Source: a virus. Taken from it: a stretch of 49,666 bases of DNA. Positions 16,828-27,400 of this stretch are shown here, in pieces. The translations under genes were made by a program, and so were the position numbers. The stretch is taken from positions 1-49,666 of the IMG/VR virus record IMGVR_UViG_3300009515_000002, one strand, 5' to 3'. The first letter of the stretch is position 1, and each line of letters starts with the position of its first letter. The notes beneath the pieces are model-generated. The model worked only from the letters and a program-made list of their open reading frames with translations, was not told where the DNA came from and did no database searches.

Positions 16828-16872
16828 CCAGAGTTATAGGGGAAGACCCCGAAGCTCTACACTGGAACTGAG

Positions 16873-17502
16873 ATGACATTTCTCGAGATGTACACTGAGG
16901 TTCGACAGTACCTTGGGAATCGTGCAGACTACACGATTGATCAAGCCAAGCTCGACGTGAACAGGCAGTATCAACGGTTGATGCTTAGCTACCAGTTTCA
17001 CGAGACTGAGTTCGTGGATTCGAGCATCTCGACTGTCGCTACGGTTCCAACAGTCACAGAACCCGCTGGTGCTCGCGTCATCACTGGTATGCGGGACACC
17101 ACGAACGATTGTGAAGTCGTTCCAAAAGACCATCATTGGCTCGTCGAACAAGACACGGTATCGACGGGACCACCTGAGTTCTTTGTACGGTATGAGGATG
17201 GGAGTGTCACTCTGTGGCCTATACCAGATGCGATTTACGCACTGAAGATCTGGTATAAGAAAGCACCTGATTACATGGTCGCAGACACCGACGTTCCTAT
17301 CTACCCAGCGGACTGGCATGAGATCATCGTGCTTCTTGCAGCCTCGAGAGCATTCTTTCGTTACTCACTCGATGCGAAAGCACAGAATATCAAGAACGAA
17401 GCACTTTCGGATATTGCTTCTATTCAAGAAGAGCTCACCATGGACAGTCGATCCAGAATCGGTCAAGTAAGAGTGGAGAGGACACGTGGCGCGACTTCGT
17501 AG
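16873..17502 (+). CDS. Putative head-to-tail adaptor / tail tubular A-like protein
   Basis: 209 aa, first gene after the capsid gene. Called by position only (T7 gp11-like slot). Confidence 0.35.
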   Translation: MTFLEMYTEVRQYLGNRADYTIDQAKLDVNRQYQRLMLSYQFHETEFVDSSISTVATVPTVTEPAGARVITGMRDTTNDCEVVPKDHHWLVEQDTVSTGPPEFFVRYEDGSVTLWPIPDAIYALKIWYKKAPDYMVADTDVPIYPADWHEIIVLLAASRAFFRYSLDAKAQNIKNEALSDIASIQEELTMDSRSRIGQVRVERTRGATS

Positions 17503-19030
17503 TTCTCCGCGACTGGCGGACCGTCATACTGGAGACCAGTGGAATCGCGGGTTCCAGTTTAGTCCTCCGAATAGATTTCGCTTTACGCTAGGTCCGTGGC
17601 GTCGTGTTGCTATTGACGGTCTTGGGGATTACGTTAGATCAGATGAATTGCGTAGTATCCAAAGTGGTTGGCTAGACTCAGAAGGTCGTATCGTGTTTGA
17701 CAACGTACGGTCAGGAGTTGGATATCTTATAGCCGGAGAAACTTGGCTGGCTGGTGGATTCGAGCTAGGAACTACTGGTGTTGTTATTGCAAAAAATGCG
17801 TCCGACGAATTGGTAGTGATTGTAAACGTGTTAGGTACAGTTGTACATATTACGCATGTAGGCTCATCTGTCGTAGGTGCGACTAAAGCTACATACGCTC
17901 GTTGGGGTGCTTTTCTGTATATTACCACAAACGTTGATGCCACAAACGTTTATAAGTTTAACTTGACTACTCAAACGTTTTCGGCTGACGTTACTACAAT
18001 GCCTGCGGGTGCAGCACAGTTTCTAGTCATAGATAACAACTTCGTTGCAATAGAGGATGATGTATCTACGAAAGCGATTAATGTAAAGTGGAGTGTTGAT
18101 TCTTCACCAGAAGACTTCACATCGACAGGTTCAGGCAGTTCTTTGCGTTACAATATGGCTATGCCATTGTCAGGTGCTGTTGCAGTGGACAACACTGCAA
18201 TTATCATCGGTCGATCAAAAGCTGTACGAATGATCCCAACAGGTACAGCACGTCCAGCATTCCGATTCCAAGACGAGCCCTCAATTCACGGTGGTATGTG
18301 TGCTGCACCGACAGGTGTTGCAGCAAAAGACTCTTCCGTATATTTCGTAGACGCTACTGCGAGATTAATGGTATATAGGAATGGGCAAGTTGCACCGATT
18401 TACAATACCAGAGCTGATTTGTATAACGATGGTGGTGTGATTGCCTATAGTGAGTCCGAGGACGTAGTTGTATTTCAGCATAGTGTCGCTAGTAAGCCTA
18501 TAGTACTGATTAATCCTAACAGTAATGATGTCATTGGAACATTTGACATATCAGTAGTGCTAAAAGGTGCATACGATTTTCCGATTCTTTCGGCGCCAAA
18601 CACGATTGGACTTTTGCTAGAAGGTGAATCTGGGAACTCTTGGTTTAGTACTGCAACAGACCCAACACTCTTTGGCAACATTGGTGGTACTTTTGACACA
18701 GGATATGTTGACCTTGGGGTAGATGCTCAGGTTGAGTTTGTCGAAATAGAAACAGAATCTGGACACACGATTGCGATTACAAATGACGATCAGGTAACTG
18801 TTGAAGTCCTGAGTTCAACTGGAGCGTCAACTACAGTTGATTACGGTACTACGGCGCCAGCAACAGCTCGATGGGATTCTGGTGGTACACGTATTTATCC
18901 TGTCGGTATTGGTGGTCGTTGGATACGAATACAACAGGGTAATAACACTGGTCCACAATTCATGGTGATCAACAGCATTTCGGTCATCGGACAGGTGCAG
19001 AAAGACTCTGACCGAGGCGTCTTCAGATGA
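17486..19030 (+). CDS. Putative tail tube/nozzle protein
   Basis: 514 aa, GTG after GGAGAGGA, beta-rich. Called by position only (T7 gp12-like slot). Confidence 0.3.
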   Translation: MARLRSSPRLADRHTGDQWNRGFQFSPPNRFRFTLGPWRRVAIDGLGDYVRSDELRSIQSGWLDSEGRIVFDNVRSGVGYLIAGETWLAGGFELGTTGVVIAKNASDELVVIVNVLGTVVHITHVGSSVVGATKATYARWGAFLYITTNVDATNVYKFNLTTQTFSADVTTMPAGAAQFLVIDNNFVAIEDDVSTKAINVKWSVDSSPEDFTSTGSGSSLRYNMAMPLSGAVAVDNTAIIIGRSKAVRMIPTGTARPAFRFQDEPSIHGGMCAAPTGVAAKDSSVYFVDATARLMVYRNGQVAPIYNTRADLYNDGGVIAYSESEDVVVFQHSVASKPIVLINPNSNDVIGTFDISVVLKGAYDFPILSAPNTIGLLLEGESGNSWFSTATDPTLFGNIGGTFDTGYVDLGVDAQVEFVEIETESGHTIAITNDDQVTVEVLSSTGASTTVDYGTTAPATARWDSGGTRIYPVGIGGRWIRIQQGNNTGPQFMVINSISVIGQVQKDSDRGVFR

Positions 19031-19509
19031 GGCGTTTCGAGCACGTAGTACAACGTGAGGAGTTTGATCACAATGATGTTAACAGAGCTTTTGAGCGTGC
19101 GGAAACTGTCCTCGATCGAGAGCTTCCACTAATCTCCGTCACGTTCTACCAAGACAACATAGCGGCAAGCCAGACAGACGTAGTGCTCCCGCACAACGCA
19201 GGAACGAACACTAGTGTAATCATCCTCAGAAAGTGTTACGTCAGAAAGATTGGTGTTTACACTAACGATCCAGGCACGGCAGGAACACTCACAGTCACGC
19301 CACGCATCAACGGGACCAAGCTGACTGGTGGCGCAGAGCTTAGCAGTACGACCGACTGGACAAAGAACATCATGGAGTATGATAAAATCGAAGAAGCATT
19401 CGCAGAAGAGGAGGACATCCTGGACTGCGTGATTACCACTGACGGCTCTTGGCTCCCCACCACAGCCGACATCAACGTAGAAGTACTCTTGGAGGCTACT
19501 GGTGAGTGA
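19027..19509 (+). CDS. Hypothetical virion protein
   Basis: 160 aa, ATGA coupling. Confidence 0.45.
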   Translation: MRRFEHVVQREEFDHNDVNRAFERAETVLDRELPLISVTFYQDNIAASQTDVVLPHNAGTNTSVIILRKCYVRKIGVYTNDPGTAGTLTVTPRINGTKLTGGAELSSTTDWTKNIMEYDKIEEAFAEEEDILDCVITTDGSWLPTTADINVEVLLEATGE

Positions 19510-20164
19510 CGTAGCACTACGCTTGGAAGAACCGAGCACGCTACTAACGGTTGTGAGTGAAGACGGAAACACGTACTACACTACACCTTTCGTGGCATCT
19601 GAAGCAGTCCTCAGTGACCTCTGGCAAAAAGCTCAGAAGTTCAAGTTCCTGTTTTCAGACATGACAGAGGGGAACGAAGTACGTTTCCGTCAGCATATTA
19701 TTTCTCCTGGTGTGGTGTTGTTGAACATCTACCAGGAGGATGTAGCACTGCCTATTGGCCTTGCATACATGGACCGTCTGCGCCCAAAGATGGATGCACA
19801 CGTGCACTATCTATTCTGGGACCAGACACAGAAGGGCCGGCACCGACTGTTACTCTCTCTTATCCGTTGGGCGATAGATGAGTTTGAGGTTCACCGAGTG
19901 AACATCGAGGTTCCAGAGTATGCCTACTCAGCACTGCGAAGAATGCAGCGAATGGGTATCCGTCTGGAAGGTCGACGTAGGGGCGCAGTACGCTGGCGTG
20001 AACAGTGGAAAGACATCCTCACGTTTGGCGTAGTGGATGGAGAGATTTCTGATGAAGCCATCAAAGAAGCAAGACTTGCGCGCAAGCCAGCTGAAGACAA
20101 CTGGTTCGGACTACTCGAAGACGGTAGTGTAATGTCAACTGCTGTACTGAGGGAGAAAAGATGA
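19502..20164 (+). CDS. GNAT-family (RimJ/RimL-like) N-acetyltransferase
   Basis: 220 aa. C-terminal signature HRVNIEVPEYAYSALRRMQRMGIRLEGRRRGAVRWREQWKDILTFGVV matches the RimJ/L-type pattern (v...v...N..s.r...k.GF..EG..R......g.w.D). Confidence 0.6.
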   Translation: MSDVALRLEEPSTLLTVVSEDGNTYYTTPFVASEAVLSDLWQKAQKFKFLFSDMTEGNEVRFRQHIISPGVVLLNIYQEDVALPIGLAYMDRLRPKMDAHVHYLFWDQTQKGRHRLLLSLIRWAIDEFEVHRVNIEVPEYAYSALRRMQRMGIRLEGRRRGAVRWREQWKDILTFGVVDGEISDEAIKEARLARKPAEDNWFGLLEDGSVMSTAVLREKR

Positions 20165-22794
20165 GCGGCTTTTTCTCGCCGGACCAAGTCTCGATTGACA
20201 GTCTAGCACCTGAGCTTGCACCACTACGGGACGCTGTAAGTAGGCTTCTCCAGGGGCAGTTGAGTGCTGGGCCGCAGCAACAACCTTCACTCTATCCTGG
20301 ACTGCCAGGACCGTTTGAGCAGCTGTATGGAGTGGGACAAAACCCGCAGGCAGGCGCACCGTCGTTCTACAACGCGACGCCACCACAAGGGAACTTTGGA
20401 GATCCGACGACAAGTCCAGTGCCAATTCCGTTAACTGGTACTGCACCAAACCCAACGGGTCCCGTGAATCCTGTCACTACACAACCGCCGTATAACCAGC
20501 AGCCTACTCTTGATCCAAACTTGCTGTCTGGTGCGGCAGCTCCACGAGGTGTGTTTGGTGTTGGATCACAGAACTTCGGTCCGTTCCAGCCATTGCAGAC
20601 CAGTGCTCAAGCCCCAACAACTGGACAGAACCAACAGTTCACACCGAGCTTTCAGAACCAGGTGACACAAGATCCTGGAGCACAGCTGAGGGCTGCGTTT
20701 GAGCCTGGGAACGTTGACAATGATCCTGGTGGAGCTGATGATCCGACGCCTGATGATGGTCTTGACGACGGACAGGTGACACCTGGCGGTGATCCAGATG
20801 GTGGACGAAATAGGGGTGGTGTGCCAGGACCTGGTGGAAGTCTTCCGTACAACCCATTCACAGGAAGTGGCTCGCTTGATCTCGCACAATTCGGAGGACC
20901 GTACAGTGCGCCACTCTTGGGAGGACAGCTCAATGCGCTTAGTGGAGTCAACAACCTGTTCAACCCAACTCCAATCGTTCAGAATCAGGATATGCAGGGT
21001 GCACTCTTTCGGGCTCTCTCCGGAAACCCGACCTTCAACCCTAACCTCGGAGTTTCATTCGGAAGTACTGTTGCTCCGTTTGATGTAGCAAGTGCTGCTG
21101 ACCCGTTCTTCACTAGTCTGTTCGGCGCACCACCTGGACCTACGCAGTACCAGCCGATGTCCAATCCGTTCTTCAACACGCGATCACCCACACCTTTCGT
21201 TCCTGGGAACGGTGGAGGGATTGGACAGCTACCACCGGGTAGTGTGCAGCCGCCCGCGACGGGTGCTCCTGCGCCATCTGGCGGTGCGCCGGTTTCCTCC
21301 CCTGGTGGTGGAGGAGGCAGCCCGACTCCGCAGCTTACGGGTTCCGCGAGTCCGGTGGGTGCGGGGGGCGCCGCCAGCGGGGGCGATCTTCTTCCACATC
21401 AGCAGGCTATACTTGCACAAGGTAGTCCATGGCAACAATTCTTGTTTAACGGTTTACAGAGTGGTCAGTTTGGACTTGGGCCAAACTCTGGAAGTTTTAC
21501 CGATCCATCGTTGGTGCCTATGGGTACGTCAATGCAAGGAATTGCTAATGCTCTTGCGTCGTTCGGGTTTGGTGGGCAGCTGGATAACGTTGCACAGCAA
21601 GTAGGACAGCCTGGGTTTTTCTCAGGAGTAGATGCGTCTCAATTCCATCCAGACTTTGCATCAAGTCCCTTACCACCAGTTCAAGGTCTGGCAACGGGAG
21701 GTTTCCTTAATCCAAATGGGCTTGACATTGTTGGTGAGAATGGTCCTGAGTTGATTCCACCGGGGAATCAGCAGGTGATTCCGTTGGCTGGTACTGGAGG
21801 AGGCTTTACTCCACCTCCACAAGCGGCAACAACTGGTGTGCCACAACTAACGTCAAGTGCTGGAAGTCAGACACAACCAACAGCACAACTGACGCCGCCA
21901 CAACAAGCATTGCCACAAACATTCACTCCACCAGCTGTCAGTACATCAGTGCCTACAATGTCGGCACAATCTACGCAAACACTAGGCGCTCCCGAACAGG
22001 TACTCGGTGGGCCGATTCCAGGACAAGCGCCGACAACTGGTGGCTTTCCAGGCTTTGGTGCAGGAGGTCCAGGTGGTACTGCATTCCTGGATGCCCTTCT
22101 TCCACAGTTCTTGCAGTCTTACGGGACCGCACTACAAGCCCCTCGTTTCGATCTGACGGATACTTTCGGTGCAGGTGAGAGGGTATTCCAACGAGATCTG
22201 GAGGATCAACTTGCTAATGTTAGGGAAGAGTTCTCCGGACTGGGCTTGGGACCTGGATCTACGGACAGGGAAAATCGTCTACTGCAAACTGCCGGTGACT
22301 CTACTGCCAGGTTCCGTCTTGGCCAGTTGGGTCAGGCGAGAGAGAGCTTCGAGAATGCTGAAGGACGCAGGATTAATGCCCTTGGAGTCGGACCAGGAGC
22401 CGCCAACGTTCTAGACGCTCCTTTCAACAGACAGCTTCAAGCGTTGCCATTCTTGCAGAACAGAGAGCAGCAAGCTACGAATAACTTCTTCGACGTAGCG
22501 AATCCTGCTCAACAGCAGATGATGCAAGCATTGTCTCAACTGCCTGGGTTCTCCAACCTGCCGTTCGACCAGGGACAACAGACATTCCTGATGAACGAGA
22601 TGGCACGAATCACTGCGGACACGGACTTGCAGCGTAGGCTTGGCGAGTTCCAGAGAACACAGGGTGGATTGCTCGATCAGATCATTGGTCTGCTTGGTGG
22701 CATTCCGCCACAAAATACAGGCTTCGGTCCAAGTCCGTTTAGCCAGATTGGTAGTCTGGTTGGTGGAATTGGCAGCTTCTTTGGAGGAGGTTGA
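20161..22794 (+). CDS. Large Pro/Gly/Gln-rich internal-virion/ejection-like protein
   Basis: 877 aa, mostly low-complexity. Contains GGFLNPNGLDIVGENGPELIPPG, a GE.GPE motif common in tape-measure/ejection proteins. Confidence 0.5.
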   Translation: MSGFFSPDQVSIDSLAPELAPLRDAVSRLLQGQLSAGPQQQPSLYPGLPGPFEQLYGVGQNPQAGAPSFYNATPPQGNFGDPTTSPVPIPLTGTAPNPTGPVNPVTTQPPYNQQPTLDPNLLSGAAAPRGVFGVGSQNFGPFQPLQTSAQAPTTGQNQQFTPSFQNQVTQDPGAQLRAAFEPGNVDNDPGGADDPTPDDGLDDGQVTPGGDPDGGRNRGGVPGPGGSLPYNPFTGSGSLDLAQFGGPYSAPLLGGQLNALSGVNNLFNPTPIVQNQDMQGALFRALSGNPTFNPNLGVSFGSTVAPFDVASAADPFFTSLFGAPPGPTQYQPMSNPFFNTRSPTPFVPGNGGGIGQLPPGSVQPPATGAPAPSGGAPVSSPGGGGGSPTPQLTGSASPVGAGGAASGGDLLPHQQAILAQGSPWQQFLFNGLQSGQFGLGPNSGSFTDPSLVPMGTSMQGIANALASFGFGGQLDNVAQQVGQPGFFSGVDASQFHPDFASSPLPPVQGLATGGFLNPNGLDIVGENGPELIPPGNQQVIPLAGTGGGFTPPPQAATTGVPQLTSSAGSQTQPTAQLTPPQQALPQTFTPPAVSTSVPTMSAQSTQTLGAPEQVLGGPIPGQAPTTGGFPGFGAGGPGGTAFLDALLPQFLQSYGTALQAPRFDLTDTFGAGERVFQRDLEDQLANVREEFSGLGLGPGSTDRENRLLQTAGDSTARFRLGQLGQARESFENAEGRRINALGVGPGAANVLDAPFNRQLQALPFLQNREQQATNNFFDVANPAQQQMMQALSQLPGFSNLPFDQGQQTFLMNEMARITADTDLQRRLGEFQRTQGGLLDQIIGLLGGIPPQNTGFGPSPFSQIGSLVGGIGSFFGGG

Positions 22795-22796
22795 TC

Positions 22797-24404
22797 ATGC
22801 CACAAGGTGGAAACGTATTCTTCATCCCACCTGAGTTCTACGGCCTTCCAGGGATTGGCCAAGGGCTGGAGAGGTTCAACGACAATCGTAGACGGAGCAG
22901 GGAAAATGCTCAGGCTGATGCTCGCTTTGAGCAGGAGCAGCAAGCGAACGAGCTAGCGATCAGAGCAGCAGAACGGCAAGAGCAACAAGCGAATCAGCAA
23001 CGTGAGATGGGACTACGTGCTCTTGAAGAGTACAATAATGTTATCGCTCTTGGCGGTACACCAGAAGATGCTCGGCTGGCCGTAGGACCGATCGCAACAC
23101 AGTTCATGTCACAAGAGTTCTTCGGTGGCGTGGATCCTTCGATTGCGTTTGAGTCAGGTGCGCTAGGTGTTGCTGAGCAGCGTGCGAACGTTGACTTCAT
23201 CTTGCAGAATACATCTCTGACTAAAGAGGAGATTGGACGTGTTCAGCTTCAGACTCAGGAGATTCAGAACGCACTGGATGATCGTCAGTCGTTCGTCGAT
23301 GCTGCACGTGCTGAAGGTAAGACACTAGGCATGTTGACGCTCGAGGCTCGTAATGCTGAGATAGCAGAAGTCACTGCTCGAACAAACCTCTTAGGTGAAC
23401 AAGCAACGACTGAGGCGACGCAACGTAGCTTGATGCGTGCTCAGATCGATGCAATGAGAGCAGAAGCTGCTGGGCAGGGTGACGATGCCAAGCTCATGGC
23501 GACGACAGTTGAAGCCATTCATCTGTTTACGAATGGTGAGATCGTCAGTGGACAACCCATCACGCCTGAGCACATCCGAGCGTATCTCACAGGCGGCGCA
23601 GGACTGAGCCCTACTCAACAAGCGTACATTGCAGCAGCTCATGATAAAGTGATCGCGAGTGCAAACGCGGACTTCGCAAACAAGATGAAGTCAGCAGGAC
23701 CGGATGCACGCCTACAACTGGATCTCTTGAATGGCGCCATTGCGATGAACGAAGCCGGTGTTACGAGTCTCGAGGAAGAGGACCTGCTAGGCTTTTTCGT
23801 TCGAGCGGCTGAGAGTGTGACGGGTGGTCCAGTAGCAATCAATCGCACTCCAGCAGGGTTCTTCGGACGAAGCTTTGAAGATACTCTCGAGTTTGGGTTC
23901 TCGAACTATGCTGACTTCGAGCAGTACGTTGGCGGACTCGCTCCTGATCCTGCACTGTTTGATCCTGCCATGAGCCAAGAAGAGTTCATCGAGAATCTTC
24001 AGGATGCTCCTACTGCTCAGTTGCAGGATATTGAAAACGATACAGACAACCCCGCGATCCGAACAGTAATCCAAGGGATTCTTCAGGATCGTGAAGTAGA
24101 AACTCCGCGAGAAGTTGTGAGAGAGACTAACCCAGTTGCTGGTAGGACTTCCCCTGGAGGCAGAACACTAAGTGCGATCAGCTCACTCGTTGGTGATTCA
24201 GGGTTTGATGAAACAGCACACCTTAGACGTCCATCAACTAGTCCTGTAACTGCCGCTCGGAGTCGAAGAATCAGCCAACTCCAAAGCGAGCTTGATCAAC
24301 TAGATGCACAAGCACCTCTTGCAAACGACTCTACCTATGCTACTTGGGTGCGACGTCGTAGAGCGAAGGCGGACGAGCTTACAAGGGTCAGAGGAGGTAA
24401 CTAG
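22797..24404 (+). CDS. Coiled-coil internal-virion-like protein
   Basis: 535 aa counted from the ATG 7 nt after GGAGGAGG (the track start, TTG 22791, is less likely). Gln/Glu/Ala-rich heptad-like N-half. Confidence 0.45.
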   Translation: MPQGGNVFFIPPEFYGLPGIGQGLERFNDNRRRSRENAQADARFEQEQQANELAIRAAERQEQQANQQREMGLRALEEYNNVIALGGTPEDARLAVGPIATQFMSQEFFGGVDPSIAFESGALGVAEQRANVDFILQNTSLTKEEIGRVQLQTQEIQNALDDRQSFVDAARAEGKTLGMLTLEARNAEIAEVTARTNLLGEQATTEATQRSLMRAQIDAMRAEAAGQGDDAKLMATTVEAIHLFTNGEIVSGQPITPEHIRAYLTGGAGLSPTQQAYIAAAHDKVIASANADFANKMKSAGPDARLQLDLLNGAIAMNEAGVTSLEEEDLLGFFVRAAESVTGGPVAINRTPAGFFGRSFEDTLEFGFSNYADFEQYVGGLAPDPALFDPAMSQEEFIENLQDAPTAQLQDIENDTDNPAIRTVIQGILQDREVETPREVVRETNPVAGRTSPGGRTLSAISSLVGDSGFDETAHLRRPSTSPVTAARSRRISQLQSELDQLDAQAPLANDSTYATWVRRRRAKADELTRVRGGN

Positions 24405-27400
24405 TGCCAGAAACATACTCTCAAGCATTGGCTCGACTGAACTCGATTCAAGAACGGGATGCAGAAGATCCGAACAGTGCGACTGGTGTAGTCAGCCGTA
24501 TCCAGCTTGAACGTCGTCGGACAGGTGTCACTAACTCCCGTGTAAACCTGCTTGACAGGCAGAGAGACGATGTTGGGATTTTTGGACAATTCGCCCGTGG
24601 CGCGGTTTTGGGGGCCGTTGAACCCTTTGCCTTCTTGCGGCCCGTAGGTTCCGTTGTAGAAAGCCTGGAGTCCGCCGTGCCCGACAGTGGGGCCGAAACG
24701 GTGGCCCGAGTAGCCGGAAACCTAGCGGGCTTCTTTGTCCCCCTTACTCCCGCGATGAAAATCGGTGGGACAGCTGCAAAAGCTCTGCGACTCACACGTA
24801 ATCCTACTGCTATTCTGGAAATTGCGGATGCAGGAGCTAATATTACAAGGCTCTCTGCGAAGGGTAGATTCGTTCAGGGTGCTGTGGCAGGTGCGGCAGT
24901 TACGGCAGGAGCTCCAGCAGAGGATCCAGCTGAGAGGCTCGTAAACACGGCTCTTGCTGCGTCGGTCTTTGGAATTGGTGACGCGATTCTTCCTGTAGTA
25001 GGCAAGGCTATCTGGGGAATGATGCCGACAGGAAGAACTGTCAAGGCTCTTGATCGTGCGACTACTGAGCTGGTTGAGAATGGGTCGATCGTTGACGAGA
25101 GTTCTGCGGCAATTCTTGGTCGTGCTGCGGCTGCAGCAGACGCTCTGTTTCCAAAAAGAGCCCTTGATGACATAGGTATCGCTGCTCAACGTGAGGCTAT
25201 CCAGAATGGAACTGCCAGGATGTTTTCGTCCGACCTTATTCCAGGACATGTTAGAGTCGTCCCCGGACTGCCCAGAGAAGCTGGGATCAGCATGGACAAG
25301 GTCCTCGGAAAAGCTGGAGGATTTGACTTTGCAGCTGTTAAGCCACCAGTTGCACGAGGACAGTCAAAGACGATTGACTATCTTGTCTTTCCGAAAGGTG
25401 AGATGCGCGCGGAGATCGTTCAGCAGTATGAAAAACAGGGGTTTCTCAAGGGACAGAAGGTAGCGATTGACGGGAATGACTGGACAATCATCGGATACAA
25501 CAGCGCAAACAAGAACGTCCGTCTGAAATACCAGGACAAAACGAAAACGGTGTCTCAAGCTGATTTGCTTGATCGTGGGATTTTGCACCCTGTTGCCTCT
25601 TGGACGATTCCGAAGGTGAAGGATGCACCAAAGCTCTGGACTAAGTATCTGGATGAAGTAGGTATCGAACCAGGAAAGCCTTTTGAGGCTGAGTTTGCTA
25701 AGTTCATCGAGCGCCACGGTGTTAAGCCTGAACAGGCTGAGCCATTGCGAGAGTACTTTACTCAGCGGCTTGTGCTTGACCTAGCCAGGATCGCACCTGA
25801 AGAGTGGTCGATTCTCAGTGCGATCAAGAAAAAGAAGTTTGTGGTCGGAGAGGAGTTGGAAGATCCTCTCGGAACACTTAGAGCAATGGCAGCACAACAG
25901 GGATACTCAGTACATATGGGTGGGCCTGTTAACTCTGGTACTGTCGGTAAGGGTGTGTTTGAGTTGGTCAATGCCTTTCAACCAGGAGCTTCACAAAAGT
26001 TCCCAAGTGTACGTGCAGCAATGGCTTGGATCAGAGAGAATCCACAACCAGGGATACCGAGGATTAGTGATCTGGTTCCAGGGCTGCCGCTGCCAGAAGA
26101 GATCCTCTTTGGTTATGAGGGTGCGGCAACACAAGTCACCAGAGGCGCTGCTGGCATGGGTGGGATGAACCATCCGAAGATGAACCGGCTTGACCGTCTG
26201 TTCGCTCCAGTGACTCCGCGGCTGAGTGCAATTCGCAACTTTGCTAACAGATTGACTGAGCAATCCGGCGGTGAGTTCCAGGGTACTAAGCTCTGGGGTG
26301 CGTTGTCAGACCTGCAGATTTCGTTGGGTAAGGCACGTAACCAGATGAACCCACACGTTAAGACGCTCGAGAAGATCAGAGGTCGGACATGGAATCAGAA
26401 TGTCAGGCCTGAGAAGATGGCAGCGGTGAATGACCTGATTGAAGCTCCGACTAAGGGCTTCAATTTCATCATGGAGGATGGTCGCAGGATTGCACCGTCA
26501 CTCAGGGATGACATTATCAAAAACAACAATCTCAGTGCGAAGGAGATCAAGTTCGCAGATGAGATGCGTCAGTGGTGGGATACTCTGTTCAAGGAGATCA
26601 CTCCTCAAGCCCGACTTACTGCGACGTCGGAAGAATTCCTTCAGGTTTATGCTCCTATTATGCGGAGTATGGAGCATGATGCTGCACTGAAACATCTCAA
26701 AACTACGCTCGGATCGAAGTTTGACCAGAACCTGTTTGATCTACTTTCGAAGGTTGACGCTAGTGGGCTGACTTTCGCGAACCAGGTGAATCCTGTTACC
26801 AATGCTGCACACATGCTACGCGGTTCCATGATGCACATCTGGGCAGGACCACAACAGGTTGCTGCGAATCAAGAAGTCAACGGAGTGTTGGCGTTCTTTG
26901 GTCGTAAATGGGTTGGTGGTCGACGTGGTACGGAACCTGCGACAGGTAAGGAGATCGTTGCTCAGGTTGAGGAGTTGGTAAAGAAGGGTCGCCAAGACAT
27001 TGCCGACAGAGTCGCAGGTGCTCCAGGCAAGGAGGTCCAATGGGATGGCTCAGCATACGAGCAGCTGTTCAACATGGGGAAGGAGTATCTGAGTGCTGTT
27101 CGTGGAGGTGCACCAGAGACTTGGTACAGTGTTAGAATCGTAGCCGACGACTTTCTCAAGAGCACCGGAGTTAAGCTCAGCGAGAAGGACGTTGACAAGC
27201 TGGTGAACACTGTGATCTCGTTGAACTACGGTGCGTTCATGGGGTACCGTCCGGCGCTTGCGGTGAGGAACATGATCCAGCCCTTCGTGACGACGTATCC
27301 AATGGTTGGAGCGAAGTACCTAGCGCATGGGCTGAAGATGGCAGGGAACAAAGACAACTACAAACAACTCCGTCGGGCTGGCGCAGTTGTGTCAAACGCT

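Noticed and set aside
16828-16872. Terminator after the major capsid gene
   Set aside because: Only a 4-bp stem (GGGG-AAGA-CCCC) without a U-tract. Too weak to call.
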